In this document: in pieces, positions 62,856 through 64,000 of the stretch | Layout: each line of letters begins with the position of its first letter | Position numbering within the stretch: position 1 is the first letter of the stretch | Origin: Octopus bimaculoides | Lineage: Eukaryota | NCBI RefSeq assembly: GCF_001194135.2 | Contig: NC_068996.1 | Span: 44,619,608 to 44,683,607, forward strand | DNA: 64,000 nt | Direction of reading: 5' to 3' | Notes under the pieces: model-generated | What the model was told of the DNA's origin: nothing | What the model saw: only the letters and a program-made list of their open reading frames with translations | Database searches by the model: none | Program-made: the position numbers and the translations under genes

Positions 62856-64000
62856 ATAAACGAAACCAGCGATATTCATTAACAAAAGTTTTCATTTTCC
62901 CATTTCTTGATTCAACGGAACATATGTTGACAAATCATTTTTTCCTTCCTTCCTCCTTTCTACTAGAAAAACTTTCCTGTCTTTCATCTATTCATTTCCA
63001 GGCGTATATAATTAGATACCGTTGTGATAATCACGCGATTACGACTATTTTGTGTCTTCGAGCTGGTCAATTTATTCACATCAGCGGCTTTTAGCAATAT
63101 ATATTATTGTTTACTACATATAACTAATCTAATCGAAAACCGAGCTAACAGTCTTGCAGCCAACAGATATTGGTAGCGTAGCATAATGATGACTGCGGCT
63201 GCTAAATGTAACTATTTTAACTGTATGTCCTGTTGTTAATGGAGTTAACCCAGCGCTGCTGTTAGCGGTGTGAGGGCAGTTACATATAACTATTCAAATT
63301 GTAAATTTTGTCGTCAATGAGCTCGCTCTTTTGATGATTCACATTTTGGTATGTTTAATGCATTAAGTGTTCTTTCTGTAAAAATCCCGTTGAGAATGAA
63401 ATAACATGAAAGAAGATCTAAAAGGCATAATTTCTATTGTTTCTAAGTACATATGGAAATCATGTCGAGTGAGATATATTTTCCATACTTCAAGCTGCTA
63501 TGTACACTAAAGAGTTAAGTGCCTACAACACTAAGCTGCTTATTTCGTATAATTTAGTAACCACTACATTATAAGTTTCTATTTGATTTCAGATTATACA
63601 AAATGACGTACATCAATCTAGGTTCTTAAAAGATGATATAAAATGCTTGAATTCTCTTGAATACTTCTGAATTTGAGATTAATTTTACGACTTCTAGGAG
63701 CAATACTAATAGACATACTTCTATTTTATGAACTAATCGTTGTAAGTTTACGAAATTGACAGTGAAGCTGGCGCGATCCAGCTCAGCTTTCTCTAAAATC
63801 TTTGGTCCGTGACCAGTTTCATAATTATTTTCATTCCGGGATGATTTGTCATTAGAGTACGCAGTCAAATACTTAGTCAGTAGCTATTGACACATTTTGT
63901 AGCATGGACCTTCACGAAATCAGCCGAAATACATTATTGCCTCGAATGGGATAGATACACAAGTTTCATTATTTTACTCAATATCCTCCCGAAGGACCTG

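Noticed and set aside
63205-63287. ATGTAACT…AGTTACAT as a miRNA hairpin
   Set aside because: Only the outer 8 bp pair; the interior pairs poorly.

Overview
AT-rich, microsatellite-dense metazoan genomic DNA with many N gaps. The repeat families and simple-repeat spectrum look like an octopus/cephalopod draft scaffold (my recognition, not verified). No intact host gene is visible, and most listed ORFs are microsatellite or N artefacts. The window is mostly decayed mobile DNA: R4/Dong-like RLE retrotransposon fragments beside (TAA)n tracts, Penelope-like (GIY-YIG) fragments, an RTE-like fragment, three tRNA-derived SINE families, Tc1/mariner, hAT and piggyBac-type elements, a Helitron with both ends, several foldback MITEs and one near-perfect 5'-clipped U6 snRNA copy. 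The standout is a non-coding repeat family at 31.0-31.6, 41.8-41.9 and 59.8-60.25 kb with a reconstructed monomer of about 345 nt. It carries a minimal type I hammerhead ribozyme with a palindromic stem III (essentially intact at 60053-60095), its ends are circularly permuted, and it sits in head-to-head arrangements, which makes it a candidate retrozyme (circular-RNA-producing retroelement) family. Also notable: degenerate hammerheads in three Penelope-type terminal repeats, a ~4 kb interrupted foldback ending in the U6 copy, a GC-rich island packed with hairpins (18.3-18.95 kb), and weak minus-strand exon candidates.
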